Shown one piece after another: positions 41,005 to 52,296 of a stretch of 64,000 bases of DNA. A program made the translations under genes and the position numbers. The notes below the pieces were generated by a model, which had not been told where the DNA came from, did not search any database, and saw only the letters and a list, made by a program, of their open reading frames with translations. Every line of letters starts with the position of its first letter. The first letter of the stretch is position 1. Source of the stretch: Tolypothrix carrinoi HA7290-LM1 (GTDB lineage: Bacteria > Cyanobacteriota > Cyanobacteriia > Cyanobacteriales > Nostocaceae); contig JAHHIK010000036.1 in assembly GCA_019358935.1 (NCBI GenBank), positions 1-64,000 on the forward strand, given 5' to 3'.

Positions 41005-42012
41005 TTAAACAACCCCTGCTTTAAACACTCGCCCAATCACTTCTTCCACAGGTGGTTCAGTTACAGTTAAATCAACTACTGCCAAATCCGCCAAAATTCG
41101 CGACACAGTACGAGTAAGAGCCTCTTGCGGCACCACATAACACACCGATGTCTGATTTTCATCTGTTTGTTGTGTATGCCCTTCTAAAAGCTTTACATCA
41201 CCGTAGGACATCAGTTTCTCTCTCGGTAGCGGATGAGCTAACTCTACATGAACTTGCCGGTAAGGAGCGAAACGTTCTAACAGTCCATCCAAGCTACCGT
41301 CATACATCAACTTTCCTTGGTGAATTAATAGCACCCGTTGACACAAAGCTGTAATATCAGCCATGTAATGGCTAGTCAATAACACCGTCGCTTGATAGCG
41401 CTGATTGTAGTCGCGTAAAAAATCCCGCACCCCAACTTGAGCATTCACATCTAGTCCCAGCGTCGGTTCATCAAGAAACAGCACAGAGGGACGGTGCAAA
41501 AGTGCGGCTAAAAGTTCCGCTTTCATCCGCTCACCTAAAGATAGCTTCCGCACAGCCTGAGTAAGCTTACCTTCCAGGGATAGCATTTCTGTTAATTCTC
41601 CCACGCGCCGCCGGAACTCTTTATCGGAGATGTTGTAAACAGCCGCGTTAATTTTTAAAGAATCCAGCGCTGGTAAATCCCAAATCAACTGCTGCTTTTG
41701 TCCCATCACCAAGGTAATTTTTTGCAAAAAAGCCTCTTGGCGACGAAAGGGAATTTGTCCAGATACTCTGACATTTCCGCTGGAGGGATGAATCAGTCCT
41801 GTGAGCATTTTGAGTGTAGTGGTTTTACCAGCACCATTGGGTCCCAAAAACCCGACAACTTCACCGGGAGCGATTTCAAAGGAAACATCTTGAACTGCTT
41901 TAATTTCCCGGTAGGTGCGGCGGAAAAAGTGGGTAATTGTCCCTTTAATACCTGACTCTTTAACCGCTACCGGATAAACTTTGCTCAGGTTTTCAGCAAC
42001 GATGATTGACAT
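41005..42012 (-). CDS. ABC transporter ATP-binding protein
   Basis: GPNGAGKTT, LSLGERMK, FLDEPT; start MSIIVAENL. Confidence 0.93.
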   Translation of the reverse strand: MSIIVAENLSKVYPVAVKESGIKGTITHFFRRTYREIKAVQDVSFEIAPGEVVGFLGPNGAGKTTTLKMLTGLIHPSSGNVRVSGQIPFRRQEAFLQKITLVMGQKQQLIWDLPALDSLKINAAVYNISDKEFRRRVGELTEMLSLEGKLTQAVRKLSLGERMKAELLAALLHRPSVLFLDEPTLGLDVNAQVGVRDFLRDYNQRYQATVLLTSHYMADITALCQRVLLIHQGKLMYDGSLDGLLERFAPYRQVHVELAHPLPREKLMSYGDVKLLEGHTQQTDENQTSVCYVVPQEALTRTVSRILADLAVVDLTVTEPPVEEVIGRVFKAGVV

Positions 42013-42150
42013 AGATTTTCTTTTAGGTGATGCACGCGATCGCTCGAAATTATCTGATGATTTCTGGTGATTCTCAGATAAATAAAAAATCATCAGCCAG
42101 GATTAATGATATCTACTAATATCAGGATTTTCGGAAATTGGTATAATTTT

Positions 42151-42228
42151 GCGCTTTTCGTACAGACGTTCCAATGGAACGTCTCTACCACGCTTTTCGT
42201 ACAGACGTTCCGGTGGAACGTCTCTACC
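42151..42228. repeat. Two tandem REP-like hairpins
   Basis: CGCTTTTCGTACAGACGTTCC..TGGAACGTCTCTAC twice. Confidence 0.75.
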
Positions 42229-42230
42229 GC

Positions 42231-43877
42231 TTAACGTAAACGACCCGATCGCAAGATACTAATAATTAACCACAAACCTAACAAACTCGCAGCGGCAAAC
42301 AGTACGTTGTTCAAAAACGATAACTGATCCGATCGCGGGTTGCTGGAAATAATTGCGGCTCCCATAATTAGTGAACCAACCAAAATGCTAAAAGAAAGTC
42401 GATTTGCGACATCATCGAGAGTGCGACGCAAGCCATCTAAGCCTCGTAGTGATAAATTCCACTGTAAGGTTTCTGATGTCACTCGGTCTAGGAGTAACTC
42501 AATTTGGCGGGGAGATTGTAACGAGAGACTTTTGAGATCCAGCGCTGTTCTTAAAAGCGATCGCACCGGACTATCACCAAACAACTGTCGTCTAAACAAG
42601 TCTGTCAGTAATGGCTTAATTTCATCAATAAAATTAAGTTCTGGGTTGAATCCCCGCGCTACACCCTCTAAATTCGCTAGAGTTTTCGCATATAAACCCA
42701 TATTGCTCGGCAAACGGATTTTATTATTGCGGGCAACTTGCAGAACTTCATAAATTATTTTACTGAAGTTGATTTCTGACAAGTTCATGTTGTGATATTT
42801 CCGCAACATGCGATCGTAGTCATTTTCCAGACGCGCTAAAATCACTGGTTGACGTGAATCCGCAAGCTGCAAAGTTAACTGAGCGCACCTTTGAGCATCT
42901 AAATCAACGATCGCCAACAACATTTCTGTTAATATTTGCTGAGTGCGGGGATCGAGTCTTCCCACCATCCCACAGTCTAAAAGGGCAACCCGACCATCTC
43001 GCAAATAAAATAAATTTCCTGGATGCGGATCTGCGTGAAAAAATCCATCTATATATAGTTGTTGAAAGAAAACGCGAAATAACAAAGTAGTAATCGCGTT
43101 GCGTTCTTCTGTGGGATCTTCACCATTTTGAGCGCTGATAAATTTCGCTGAAAGTAGCGGTACTCCGTCCAGCCACTCCATCACCATCAACTTTTCTGTA
43201 GTTAAATCCCAGTAAATTTCGGCAACTACTATTTGACTGGGATCGTACCACTTACTTTCAGATAAATTGCGCCGCAATTGATCGGTGTAACCGGCTTCGC
43301 GTGTAAAATCTAACTCAGCTTCTAACGCTTTGGTGAATTCTTCGGCGATCGCTTTAATTTCATAGTTTTGCCCAAATTCAGTTCGAGCAACTAAATCGGC
43401 AATTCCTTGAATTAAAGCGATATCTTGAGCAACCGTTAAATCTATTCCCGGACGTTGCACTTTTAGCGCTACTTCTCGACCATCTGCTAGTGTTGCTCGA
43501 TGGGTTTGAGCAATTGAGCCTGCTGCCACCGCTACAGGATTAATGATGGCGAAAGTTTCTTCTAAAGGACGTTTCAATTGCTTGCGAATCAGTACTTCAA
43601 TATCTGCCCAAGGAACTGCTGGGACTTCATCTTGTAGCGTTGATAATTCATCAATATAGGCTCCGCTAAGTAAGTCTGGACGGGTAGAAAGTAGCTGACC
43701 TAGTTTGACATAAACTGGTCCCAAATCCACCAGGATGTTTTTCAATACTGCCGGTGGGGGTAGCTGGGGATCATCGGCTTTCGCACCGGTGAGTACCCTT
43801 CGCATGTAGTCCCAGCCGTTGCGGAATAGGACTTCAACAATATCTCTTTGACGGGGAACAGTTTGAGTGAGGAACAT
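42231..43877 (-). CDS. ABC1/AarF/UbiB family atypical kinase
   Basis: VKLGQLLSTRPD, AAGSIAQ, VALKVQRP, FHADPHPGN. Confidence 0.93.
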   Translation of the reverse strand: MFLTQTVPRQRDIVEVLFRNGWDYMRRVLTGAKADDPQLPPPAVLKNILVDLGPVYVKLGQLLSTRPDLLSGAYIDELSTLQDEVPAVPWADIEVLIRKQLKRPLEETFAIINPVAVAAGSIAQTHRATLADGREVALKVQRPGIDLTVAQDIALIQGIADLVARTEFGQNYEIKAIAEEFTKALEAELDFTREAGYTDQLRRNLSESKWYDPSQIVVAEIYWDLTTEKLMVMEWLDGVPLLSAKFISAQNGEDPTEERNAITTLLFRVFFQQLYIDGFFHADPHPGNLFYLRDGRVALLDCGMVGRLDPRTQQILTEMLLAIVDLDAQRCAQLTLQLADSRQPVILARLENDYDRMLRKYHNMNLSEINFSKIIYEVLQVARNNKIRLPSNMGLYAKTLANLEGVARGFNPELNFIDEIKPLLTDLFRRQLFGDSPVRSLLRTALDLKSLSLQSPRQIELLLDRVTSETLQWNLSLRGLDGLRRTLDDVANRLSFSILVGSLIMGAAIISSNPRSDQLSFLNNVLFAAASLLGLWLIISILRSGRLR

Positions 43878-44336
43878 GATTTTAACGAACCGCGAAGATA
43901 CGAAGTAGCTTGTCGAAGACTAGACACGAAGAACGCGTTCGCGTAGCGTCTCCGACAGGAGAAGAAAGAATAAAGCAGAAGTTAAAGAGGTAAGTAGCAG
44001 GGGATAACAATTGTTTGATACCGTTGTTATTTTGCTTGCCTTGGTACAGTCTTTAAATCTTTATACATATGATTTTAGAGTTTTTGTTTAAGTTTGATTG
44101 GTAAGCATTGTTTTGACTTCATCTGAGCAGGAATCCCCACCGTGTAATAGACGATGGGGATGAAAAAATCCTTTGTGAGGAGAAGTATAATTTTTGTTAG
44201 CAATAATTGAGTTTATTGCCATTGTTTTGGCTAGAGGTTCAAGGCTATAGGCTTGCATAAATGTTAGAAAAAATAACAGATATTCAAGTTATAATGGAAA
44301 TGCTAGCTTTTGTGCCTCTGCCAAGGGTTTTAACTT

Positions 44337-45401
44337 TTACAAGAGTTCGGTAAATCGGGAATCGCTCTGTAAGGTTTTGAGGATTTGCTTGATTTCTTGG
44401 GTACGGTCTTTTTTGACAATGAGGGTGACATTGCGATCGCGCACAATCACTACATCCTCTAAACCGATAGTCACAATTACATCTTCTGGATCGGTAGCGT
44501 AAATAACTGCACCTTGGGTGTCCAGCCCCACATGGGTAGCTAGTTCCACATTGGGATTGTCTTCTTTTTTAAGTAAACGTTCGATCGCATTCCAATCACC
44601 TAAATCATCCCAACCAAATTCAACTGGCAATACATAGGCTATACTTGTTTTTTCCATTAAGGCATAGTCTATACTCTTTTTAGGCAACTGCGGATAAATA
44701 TCAGCACCCTGTTGTTCTAGCGGTTCAATAATTTCCGGAGCGTGGGTGTGCAGTTCTTTGAGAACAACCCCTGCTCGAAAAATAAACATACCGCTATTCC
44801 AGCTAAAGCGTTTCGTAGCAAGAAACTTTTCTGCCGTTTCTCGGTCTGGTTTTTCAGTAAAGCGATTAACGTGAAAGAAAGGCAACTCATCAAAGCTACC
44901 AATCTTTTCGCCTTCTTCAATGTAGCCGTAGCCAGTTGATGGAAAAGTAGGCTTGATCCCCAATGTGACAATCGCTTCTGAACTTGCCGCCAGTTGAGTT
45001 GCAGCACTTAAAGTACGTGCAAACGCTTCTAGGTCAGCAATCCAGTGGTCAGCAGGGAAAAAGCCGATAATCGCCTCTTCTCCGTAACGCTTTTTAATTT
45101 CCAAACTTGCCCAAGCGACAGCTGCGGCAGTGTCCCTTCCCTGTGACTCGACAAGTAAGTTTTCAGATGGCAGTGATGGTAGTTGTTCGACGACTCCTCT
45201 GTCTATCTGACTAGAAGTTATTACCCACAAATTCTCCCAACCGTCAGCAATTTGTAGCAGGCGATCGGCAGTTGCTTGTAGAAGACTTCTAGAGCTACCA
45301 TCGAGACTTAAAAATTGCTTTGGTCGCAAAGCGCGACTCAAAGGCCAAAAACGTTCACCTTTACCACCTGCAAGAATTACGGGGAAAAATGGAGTATTCA
45401 T
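44337..45401 (-). CDS. manC: Mannose-1-phosphate guanylyltransferase
   Basis: ILAGGKGERFWPLSR..PKQF, PADH, FTEKP, SIDYALME, WDDLGDW. Confidence 0.93.
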   Translation of the reverse strand: MNTPFFPVILAGGKGERFWPLSRALRPKQFLSLDGSSRSLLQATADRLLQIADGWENLWVITSSQIDRGVVEQLPSLPSENLLVESQGRDTAAAVAWASLEIKKRYGEEAIIGFFPADHWIADLEAFARTLSAATQLAASSEAIVTLGIKPTFPSTGYGYIEEGEKIGSFDELPFFHVNRFTEKPDRETAEKFLATKRFSWNSGMFIFRAGVVLKELHTHAPEIIEPLEQQGADIYPQLPKKSIDYALMEKTSIAYVLPVEFGWDDLGDWNAIERLLKKEDNPNVELATHVGLDTQGAVIYATDPEDVIVTIGLEDVVIVRDRNVTLIVKKDRTQEIKQILKTLQSDSRFTELL

Positions 45402-45499
45402 TATGTCATACAAACCTAAGCAACGAACATTACAAGTGTACTGTGACGATTTCCACTGGCAAGTTTTGTAGCTTGGATTAACATACGTTTAGGGAGTGG

Positions 45500-46987
45500 T
45501 TGAGTGGGGAGATAATCGTGATAAAACAAGTACAATTTTCAGAAAATCAAGTAACGCCGCATCAAGTAGAACTGCCGGAAAATCAGGTAGAACTGCCAGA
45601 AAATCAGCTTAGACCTGATGTACAGGATGAAATCGAGCTAAAAGAGCCGATAGCGAACCGAAGCGTTGTCGAATCGGTAAGTTCCATTCCCAACGAGCTT
45701 TATGATCGCTTGGGTTTAAGTATGCCTCGCTGGTTGTTGTGGATACTCACAGCAGTTTTAGGCATCGTCTTATCTGGTTTGCTCGTTTCCACATTGGCGC
45801 TGTGGACTCCACTATGGAGCGATTTGGATCGAACCGATGAAGAACTTCTTGCCGGTAAAGATCCGCAGAAAATGCCAATGCCTGGAGAGTTGGCAGACAG
45901 ACTCTCTGAATATCAGCTTTCACGCCCAATGAATATTTTAATCATGGGGATTGAACCAACTCAAGGCACTGTTGATGGTTCACCAGAAAGCTTTGCAGGC
46001 AAAAGCGATACCATGCTGCTGGTACGGTTAAACCCCAGCGACAAATCAATTCGGGTACTTTCAATTCCCAGAGATACGATGATCTCAATTCCGGAAAAGG
46101 GATTGACCAAAGTATCCGATGCTAACGCTCAAGGTGGTCCCGTCTTGGCAGCACGGGTAGTCAGTCGTACCTTGAATAATGCGCCTATCGATCGCTATAT
46201 TCGCATCTCTACCAGCGGCTTACGTCAGTTGGTAGATCAATTGGGTGGTGTCGAGGTCTACGTTCCTAGTTCGATGGAATACCAAGACTCATCTGGACAA
46301 ACTTCTTTAGTTAGAGGCTGGCAAACCCTCAACGGCGAACAAGCAGAAGAATTTGCCCGATACCGCGATCCAGGGATGGGAGATTTGCCGAGAGTACAGC
46401 GCCAGCAAGCACTTTTGGCAGGATTAGTCAATCGTCTCAATAACCCCACTGTACTACCCAGGTTGCCGCAATTAACCCGGATGATGCGGAAGTATTTTGA
46501 TACCAACCTGAAGATGGAAGAAATGATGGCGCTGGTCAACTTCTCCGTCAATGTGGAGCGAGATAATTTCCAAATGACGATGTTGCCAGGTATTTTCAGC
46601 CGTTTAAGCCAAGACCCAAATAGCTATTGGCTGGATATGACCGGACAACAAAGATTATTGAATGATTATGTTGGGGTGAATCTGACTGGTGTTAAACCAG
46701 ATGTCCGACCAGTCCAGAACCTCAAAATTACTATTCAAAATGCTTCTAATCAACCTCAGCTAACTGAAAAAGTTATCAAATATCTCAAACAAAAAGGCTT
46801 TACAAAAATTAACACAACAGCTGATTGGCCCGATACCCAACGCCAAACTCAGATTGTTGTCCAAAAAGGAAACCGCCAAGCAGGAGTTGACCTACAAAAT
46901 ATTTTAGGCTTAGGTAATATCGAAGTCTCCTCTACCGGCGACCTCGAATCTGACCTAACAATTCGTATTGGTAAGGATTGGAAGTAG
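45500..46987 (+). CDS. LCP (LytR-CpsA-Psr) family protein with LytR C-terminal domain
   Basis: TM helix, SDTMLL, LSIPRDT, ARYR, RVQRQQ; start uncertain (45500 or 45518). Confidence 0.9.
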   Translation: MSGEIIVIKQVQFSENQVTPHQVELPENQVELPENQLRPDVQDEIELKEPIANRSVVESVSSIPNELYDRLGLSMPRWLLWILTAVLGIVLSGLLVSTLALWTPLWSDLDRTDEELLAGKDPQKMPMPGELADRLSEYQLSRPMNILIMGIEPTQGTVDGSPESFAGKSDTMLLVRLNPSDKSIRVLSIPRDTMISIPEKGLTKVSDANAQGGPVLAARVVSRTLNNAPIDRYIRISTSGLRQLVDQLGGVEVYVPSSMEYQDSSGQTSLVRGWQTLNGEQAEEFARYRDPGMGDLPRVQRQQALLAGLVNRLNNPTVLPRLPQLTRMMRKYFDTNLKMEEMMALVNFSVNVERDNFQMTMLPGIFSRLSQDPNSYWLDMTGQQRLLNDYVGVNLTGVKPDVRPVQNLKITIQNASNQPQLTEKVIKYLKQKGFTKINTTADWPDTQRQTQIVVQKGNRQAGVDLQNILGLGNIEVSSTGDLESDLTIRIGKDWK

Positions 46988-46993
46988 AACAAA

Positions 46994-47205
46994 GTTAGGA
47001 GTTAGGAGTTAGGAGTTAGGAGTTAGGAGTTAAGAGTTAGGAGTTAGGAGTTAATGGTTAGTTGTTAGTGGTTAATGGATAGCAACCAACAACTAACAAT
47101 TCCCCAACCAACAACTAACAACTAACAACCAACAATTCCCCAACCAACAACTAACAACTAACAACCAACAGCCAACAACCAACTACTAACAACCAACAAC
47201 CAACA
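46994..47205. repeat. STRR arrays
   Basis: GTTAGGA and CAACTAA/CAACCAA heptamers. Confidence 0.85.
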
Positions 47206-47210
47206 AATTT

Positions 47211-47717
47211 ATGAAAAAGATTTTGCTTCGCTTTTTGAGTTTGGTTGTAACTTTGCTACTAGCTGCTTTGTGGATAATACTTAATCCGCATCCGGCTTTT
47301 GCTCAAGTAAATACAATCAACTACAGCAATATGAGTTTAGAAAACCGGGATTTTTCTAACATTGATTTGACGGGTGTAACTTTTGTGGCAGCGGAAATGC
47401 GCGGGGCAAATTTCCAAGGGAGCAATTTAACTAATGCAATTCTCACCAAGGGAGTTTTACTAAGAGCAAATTTAGAAGGTGCAAATCTTTCAGATGCTTT
47501 AGTTGATCGCGTAACTATGGATGGGGCAAATTTGAAAAATGCGATTTTTACACAAGCGACCTTGACAAGTAGCCGCTTTTATGATGCGGATATAACGGGT
47601 GCTGATTTTACCGATGCTTTGATTGACCGCTATCAAGTGTCATTATTGTGCGATCGCGCATCGGGCATCAATCCAGTTACAGGTGTTTCCACACGCGAGA
47701 GTTTGGGGTGTCGGTAA
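47211..47717 (+). CDS. Secreted/lumenal pentapeptide repeat protein
   Basis: Signal peptide ending AFA; ANF/ANL repeats; ITGADFTDA and TRESLGC. Confidence 0.92.
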   Translation: MKKILLRFLSLVVTLLLAALWIILNPHPAFAQVNTINYSNMSLENRDFSNIDLTGVTFVAAEMRGANFQGSNLTNAILTKGVLLRANLEGANLSDALVDRVTMDGANLKNAIFTQATLTSSRFYDADITGADFTDALIDRYQVSLLCDRASGINPVTGVSTRESLGCR

Positions 47718-47924
47718 AGGGGGGAGTGGGGGAGTGGGGGAGTGGGGAGTAGGGAGTGGGGGACAAGGGGACAAGGAAGAATTTATCCAATTCCCATTAC
47801 CCATTACCCATTCCCCATTCCCCACTCCCCATTCCCCATTTTCAAAATTTGCCTGACAGACTATCCAATTTCGGGTTAAATATTCAAGAGATACTGCTAT
47901 CGCTTGAGTTGTCAATAATAATTC

Positions 47925-49541
47925 GTGGCACAAGAAAAAACTTCTCGTTCTCTGGTTGGAATAGCTGGCATTGTCGCAGCTGCAACGTTAATTAGTAAAG
48001 TCTTTGGTTTAGTACGTCAGCAAGCGATCGCTGCGGCTTTTGGTTTGGGACCGGCTGCTGATGCTTTTAACTACGCTTATACGATTCCTGGGTTTCTGTT
48101 GATATTGTTAGGGGGGATTAACGGACCATTTTATAGTGCGGTTGTCAGCGTTTTATCCAAGCGCAGGAAAGAAGAAGCGGCGCCTTTAGTGGAAACGATT
48201 ACGACGCTGATCGGTGGTATGCTGCTAGTAGTGGCGATTTTTGTGGTAATTTTTGCACCGCAGATGATTGATGCGTTTGCACCTGGTTTAAGACTGGGAC
48301 ACAAAGATTTAGTGAGAGCGATCGCTATTTTACAACTCCAGATAATGGCACCAATCGCACTCTTAGCCGGACTGATTGGTATTGGCTTTGGAGTTCTCAA
48401 CGCTGCAAATCAATTTTGGCTACCTTCCATCAGTCCGTTATTTTCCAGTATTACAGTTATTGTTGGTCTGGGCGTCCTTTATCTGCAACTAGGTGAAAAA
48501 ATTAGCAGTCTTGAATATGCCAAATTGGGCGGAATTGTTTTGGCAGGAGGAGTTTTAGCCGGCGCAGTTTTGCAATGGTTGGTGCAGGTAATCGTGCAAG
48601 CAAAGTCTGGTTTGGGTACATTGCGGTTGCGATTTGATTTTAATCAGCCTGGGGTAAGAGATGTTCTGAAAATCATGGGACCTGCTACCTTTTCCTCTGG
48701 GATGCTGCAAATCAACCTCTACACAGATTTGTTTTTCGCATCTTTGATTCCCACTATCGGGGTTGCTGCTGCTTTAAATAATGCCTCATTACTAGTGCAA
48801 ACTCCTTTAGGAATCATTTCTAACATGATTTTGGTTCCTTTATTACCGATGTTTGCCCGACTTGCCGATCCGAATAATTGGGATGAGTTAAAATTACGCA
48901 TTCGCCAAGGTTTACTGCTTTCAGCTTTTACCATGCTACCTTTGGGTGCATTGATGATAACGCTTTCTGTGCCAATTGTCCGCATAGTCTACGAACACGG
49001 TGCTTTTGAAGAAAGAGATTCAGCGCTGGTGTCTTCGCTGCTAATTGCCAACGGAATTGGCATGTTTGTTTATTTGGGACGTGATGTTTTGGTGCGGGTG
49101 TTTTATGCTTTAGGCGATGGCGATACACCTTTTCGCATCAGTATGATTAATATCTTCTTTAACGCTGTATTTGATTACCTTTTAATTAAACGTTTTGGCG
49201 CTTCCGGCTTGGTTTTGGCAACTGTGACTGTAAATTGCAGTTCAGTATTAATGCTGTTATTTTTACTTAATCGCAAGTTAAATGGTTTACCTTGGCGCGA
49301 GTGGAGTTTACCGTTTTTGGGTTTGATTGCCGCTAGCATCGCAGGTGGAATAGCCAGCTTTGCGACTCTGGAACTTTCTCAGCACTATTTAGGTAAAGAG
49401 GGTTTGCTGATTTTGCTGCTTGAGTTATCTGTATCTGGTCTAGTGGGAATTGCCATTTTTGGCATCATTGCCTCATGGATCAGATTACCAGAGGTGAATG
49501 TTTTTGTCTCTCGTCTCAGCCAGCGGTTTTTGAAGAAGTAG
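47925..49541 (+). CDS. murJ: Lipid II flippase MurJ/MviN
   Basis: TLISKVFGLVRQQAIAAAFG, QTPLG, FYALGDGDTPF. Confidence 0.93.
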   Translation: MAQEKTSRSLVGIAGIVAAATLISKVFGLVRQQAIAAAFGLGPAADAFNYAYTIPGFLLILLGGINGPFYSAVVSVLSKRRKEEAAPLVETITTLIGGMLLVVAIFVVIFAPQMIDAFAPGLRLGHKDLVRAIAILQLQIMAPIALLAGLIGIGFGVLNAANQFWLPSISPLFSSITVIVGLGVLYLQLGEKISSLEYAKLGGIVLAGGVLAGAVLQWLVQVIVQAKSGLGTLRLRFDFNQPGVRDVLKIMGPATFSSGMLQINLYTDLFFASLIPTIGVAAALNNASLLVQTPLGIISNMILVPLLPMFARLADPNNWDELKLRIRQGLLLSAFTMLPLGALMITLSVPIVRIVYEHGAFEERDSALVSSLLIANGIGMFVYLGRDVLVRVFYALGDGDTPFRISMINIFFNAVFDYLLIKRFGASGLVLATVTVNCSSVLMLLFLLNRKLNGLPWREWSLPFLGLIAASIAGGIASFATLELSQHYLGKEGLLILLLELSVSGLVGIAIFGIIASWIRLPEVNVFVSRLSQRFLKK

Positions 49542-49626
49542 TTAGGAGTTAAGAGGCGCGGAGTTAGTAGGGTGCGTTACGGCTTCGCCTAACGCACCCT
49601 ACAAAAGTTTCATGGTCGTGGGAGTG

Positions 49627-50460
49627 TCAAGAATTATTAGGGAGTGCGATCGCTTTAAACTCGATGGCATCATGGCTGCAAAAAAGCTGTACTTCACTAC
49701 TGTGGTTCAAGGATAACGCACGCAACCGTTCTTGATTATAAAGTCGAGCTTTGCGGTCTACCTCCATCAACCATTGATAGGCACGCAGACCTGGTGTACA
49801 ACGCGGTTTGGTGGTTCCCATTTCCTCCCGATAAAAGTAGGCATCCCCCGCATGTAAAAGCCAACCTTCTGATGTCTGGATGGCGATGCCAGCATGACCC
49901 CGCGTGTGACCAGCGAGCGGGATGAGGAGAATCTCTGGTGGCAGTCCGTCGAGGTCGCGCACTGCCTCGAAGCCGAACCAAGGTTCACCAGAGGGCGAAT
50001 AGTACTTCCAGTGTTTTACTTCATCCCATTGACCTGGACGATAGCGTTCAGCTGCGATAAAGCCGCGCCTACTTTTTGCTGCTTCCATCTCAGTCTGCAT
50101 TACATGCACGGTTGCGTCGGGAAAATCCTCTAAGCCCCCAGCATGATCGAAATCAAGGTGAGTAAGCACGATATGCCGTACATCGCGTGGGTTCAAACCA
50201 AGCTGCTTGATTTGAGCGATCGCCGTGTATTTTTCTTCAAACTGTATGCGATTCAAATTCATGAAGAACGGGCTGAGTCTTGATAATGGCGCTTTGATGT
50301 CGCGATCGCCAAAGCCCGTATCGATGAGAACGAGTCCCTGATTTGTCTCAACCAGCAGGCAGTGGCAGACGAGACAGGCTGTTAGCCCGCGACTAAAACC
50401 GTCGAAGAGTGCCCCGCCAATCGGACACATGCAACCGCAATTAAGATGATGAATACGCAT
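49627..50460 (-). CDS. MBL-fold metallo-hydrolase
   Basis: LIDTG, THLDFDHAGG, GHTRGH, GDA, CSHD. Confidence 0.9.
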   Translation of the reverse strand: MRIHHLNCGCMCPIGGALFDGFSRGLTACLVCHCLLVETNQGLVLIDTGFGDRDIKAPLSRLSPFFMNLNRIQFEEKYTAIAQIKQLGLNPRDVRHIVLTHLDFDHAGGLEDFPDATVHVMQTEMEAAKSRRGFIAAERYRPGQWDEVKHWKYYSPSGEPWFGFEAVRDLDGLPPEILLIPLAGHTRGHAGIAIQTSEGWLLHAGDAYFYREEMGTTKPRCTPGLRAYQWLMEVDRKARLYNQERLRALSLNHSSEVQLFCSHDAIEFKAIALPNNS

Positions 50461-50771
50461 AAATGATTCCCCATCGCATCAATCTCTCTTAAAGACGAAA
50501 AAGTATGGACAATCAACATACTTAGGGCTGAAAAAATTGGCGTTGCACCAATCAAGATATGAAAAGCTCACGCAAAGACGAGGCAGTGGTTCACCAACAA
50601 CCAACAACCAACAACTAACAACTAACAACTAACACCTTCGTGTTCACCCAGTCGGGTGAAATATTTTAACCCATTCAGGCTATCCAAAAGTGCGAGGTTA
50701 CATTTTGTAAAAAAAGAGATTCTAGTACTAGAGAACATTGATTTCACTTAATTTCTAGTCAGGAAGAATCT

Positions 50772-51302
50772 ATGAAACTCGCAAAATTCGCAACCTCTGC
50801 ACTCGCTGTTGCTTCTGTTATCTTTAGTGCTGGAATTGCTAGCGCTCAAACACCTCAAACCGCTGAAACACTTGGTTTGAAAGGTAGCTACATCGGTGCT
50901 GGTCTTTCTGCTGGTGTCACTAATGGTGGAAGACAAAATGATGCCGCTTTGTTAGGTGGAAACATTCAAGGACGCGCTGCTATTCCTAATGCACCTGTTT
51001 CTGTTCGGGGTGCTGTTTTGTTCGGTGGTGATGCTACCGCAGCTATGCCTCTATTAACTTACGATGCACCTATTGCAAAAAATACTAACGTTTACGTTGG
51101 TGGTGGTTACTCGTTTGTTACCGATGAAGGTAAAGCTACCCAATTAGGAAACAAGAATACACCTGTAGTAACCCTTGGTGCTGAATCAGAAATTGCTAAA
51201 AACACCGTTTTGTATGGTGATGCTAAGTGGGGTATTGACGCTTACAAAGACAGCAATGCTGGTGCTTTAAGCTTGCAAACTGGTGTTGGTTTCCGCTTCT
51301 AA
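50772..51302 (+). CDS. Putative small outer-membrane beta-barrel protein
   Basis: Signal peptide, SYIGAG, amphipathic strands, terminal GVGFRF. Confidence 0.7.
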   Translation: MKLAKFATSALAVASVIFSAGIASAQTPQTAETLGLKGSYIGAGLSAGVTNGGRQNDAALLGGNIQGRAAIPNAPVSVRGAVLFGGDATAAMPLLTYDAPIAKNTNVYVGGGYSFVTDEGKATQLGNKNTPVVTLGAESEIAKNTVLYGDAKWGIDAYKDSNAGALSLQTGVGFRF

Positions 51303-51407
51303 TTTTTATGACTGATACTAAAATGCAGTCATTTAACTTGGCGGAAATAGTTATTAAAGGACGCGGAACACGGATAAACTATCCGCCTCACCGCGTCCTT
51401 TATAATC

Positions 51408-51482
51408 AGGACTTACGCAATCCGATATCGTAAGTAGCGGTAATTCATGAATTACCGCTACTGTTATTTTTGCGTAAATACT
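51408..51482. mobile_element. Short MITE-like element with REP-like core
   Basis: AGGACTTACGCA / TGCGTAAATACT ends; GTAGCGGTAATTCATGAATTACCGCTAC core. Confidence 0.55.
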
Positions 51483-51562
51483 AATAATGTTATTGTTAGC
51501 ATCAGTAGTTGTCTATAAAAAGTATAATTAAATGTATAGCCTTTACTAATAAATAAAAGTAT

Positions 51563-52198
51563 ATGAGTCGTCCACGCATTATACAGCCTGGTCAAAGCTA
51601 TACATTTAGTAAATATTTTGAATTACCTTTTACTCCCGAAGATATATTAGCAGAGCTAGGATGCTCTTATGAAAGGGAAAGACTGCTATTACCTAAATCA
51701 GAGTACGATGTAAATAAAATTGAGGATTTACAACGACTGATTGAACGTAATTTAAGACGTGTAAAGTTACTCAGCGAAGATGCCCGCAAACAAGCGATAA
51801 TTGCACCCATACTATTAGAAGTATGTGAAATCACGCAAACTCAATTGAATATTGAATATCCTGTTAGTGTCAGCGAACAACTCAAAGGTAGTTTTGACTA
51901 CTACATTAGCAAAGGTAAAGGATTATTAGTAATTGAAGCCAAACAAGCTGATTTAAGCCGGGGTTTTACACAATTAGCAGTAGAATTAATAGCGTTAGAC
52001 CAATGGACTAAATCAGATACACCAGTTTTATATGGTGCAGTCACAACAGGAGAAGATTGGCGATTTGCTATATATAAACGTCAAGAAAAGCAGATAATAG
52101 AAGATATAAAATTATATCGAATTCCCGAAGAAATGATTGAACTAATTAATATATTAATTGGTATTTTAATTGATACTACCTCATCAGCTAAAAATTAA
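51563..52198 (+). CDS. Conserved cyanobacterial protein, probable PD-(D/E)XK nuclease-like fold
   Basis: GSFDY..VIEAK..GFTQLAVELIA, YGAVTTGEDWRF. Confidence 0.7.
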   Translation: MSRPRIIQPGQSYTFSKYFELPFTPEDILAELGCSYERERLLLPKSEYDVNKIEDLQRLIERNLRRVKLLSEDARKQAIIAPILLEVCEITQTQLNIEYPVSVSEQLKGSFDYYISKGKGLLVIEAKQADLSRGFTQLAVELIALDQWTKSDTPVLYGAVTTGEDWRFAIYKRQEKQIIEDIKLYRIPEEMIELINILIGILIDTTSSAKN

Positions 52199-52296
52199 AC
52201 GTAAAATACTGTAGAGACGTTCGGTGTGGAACGTCTCTACGACGGTAGGTATGTTTTTATTAGTGTTAATTTTTGGACATAATATTATATACTCAG

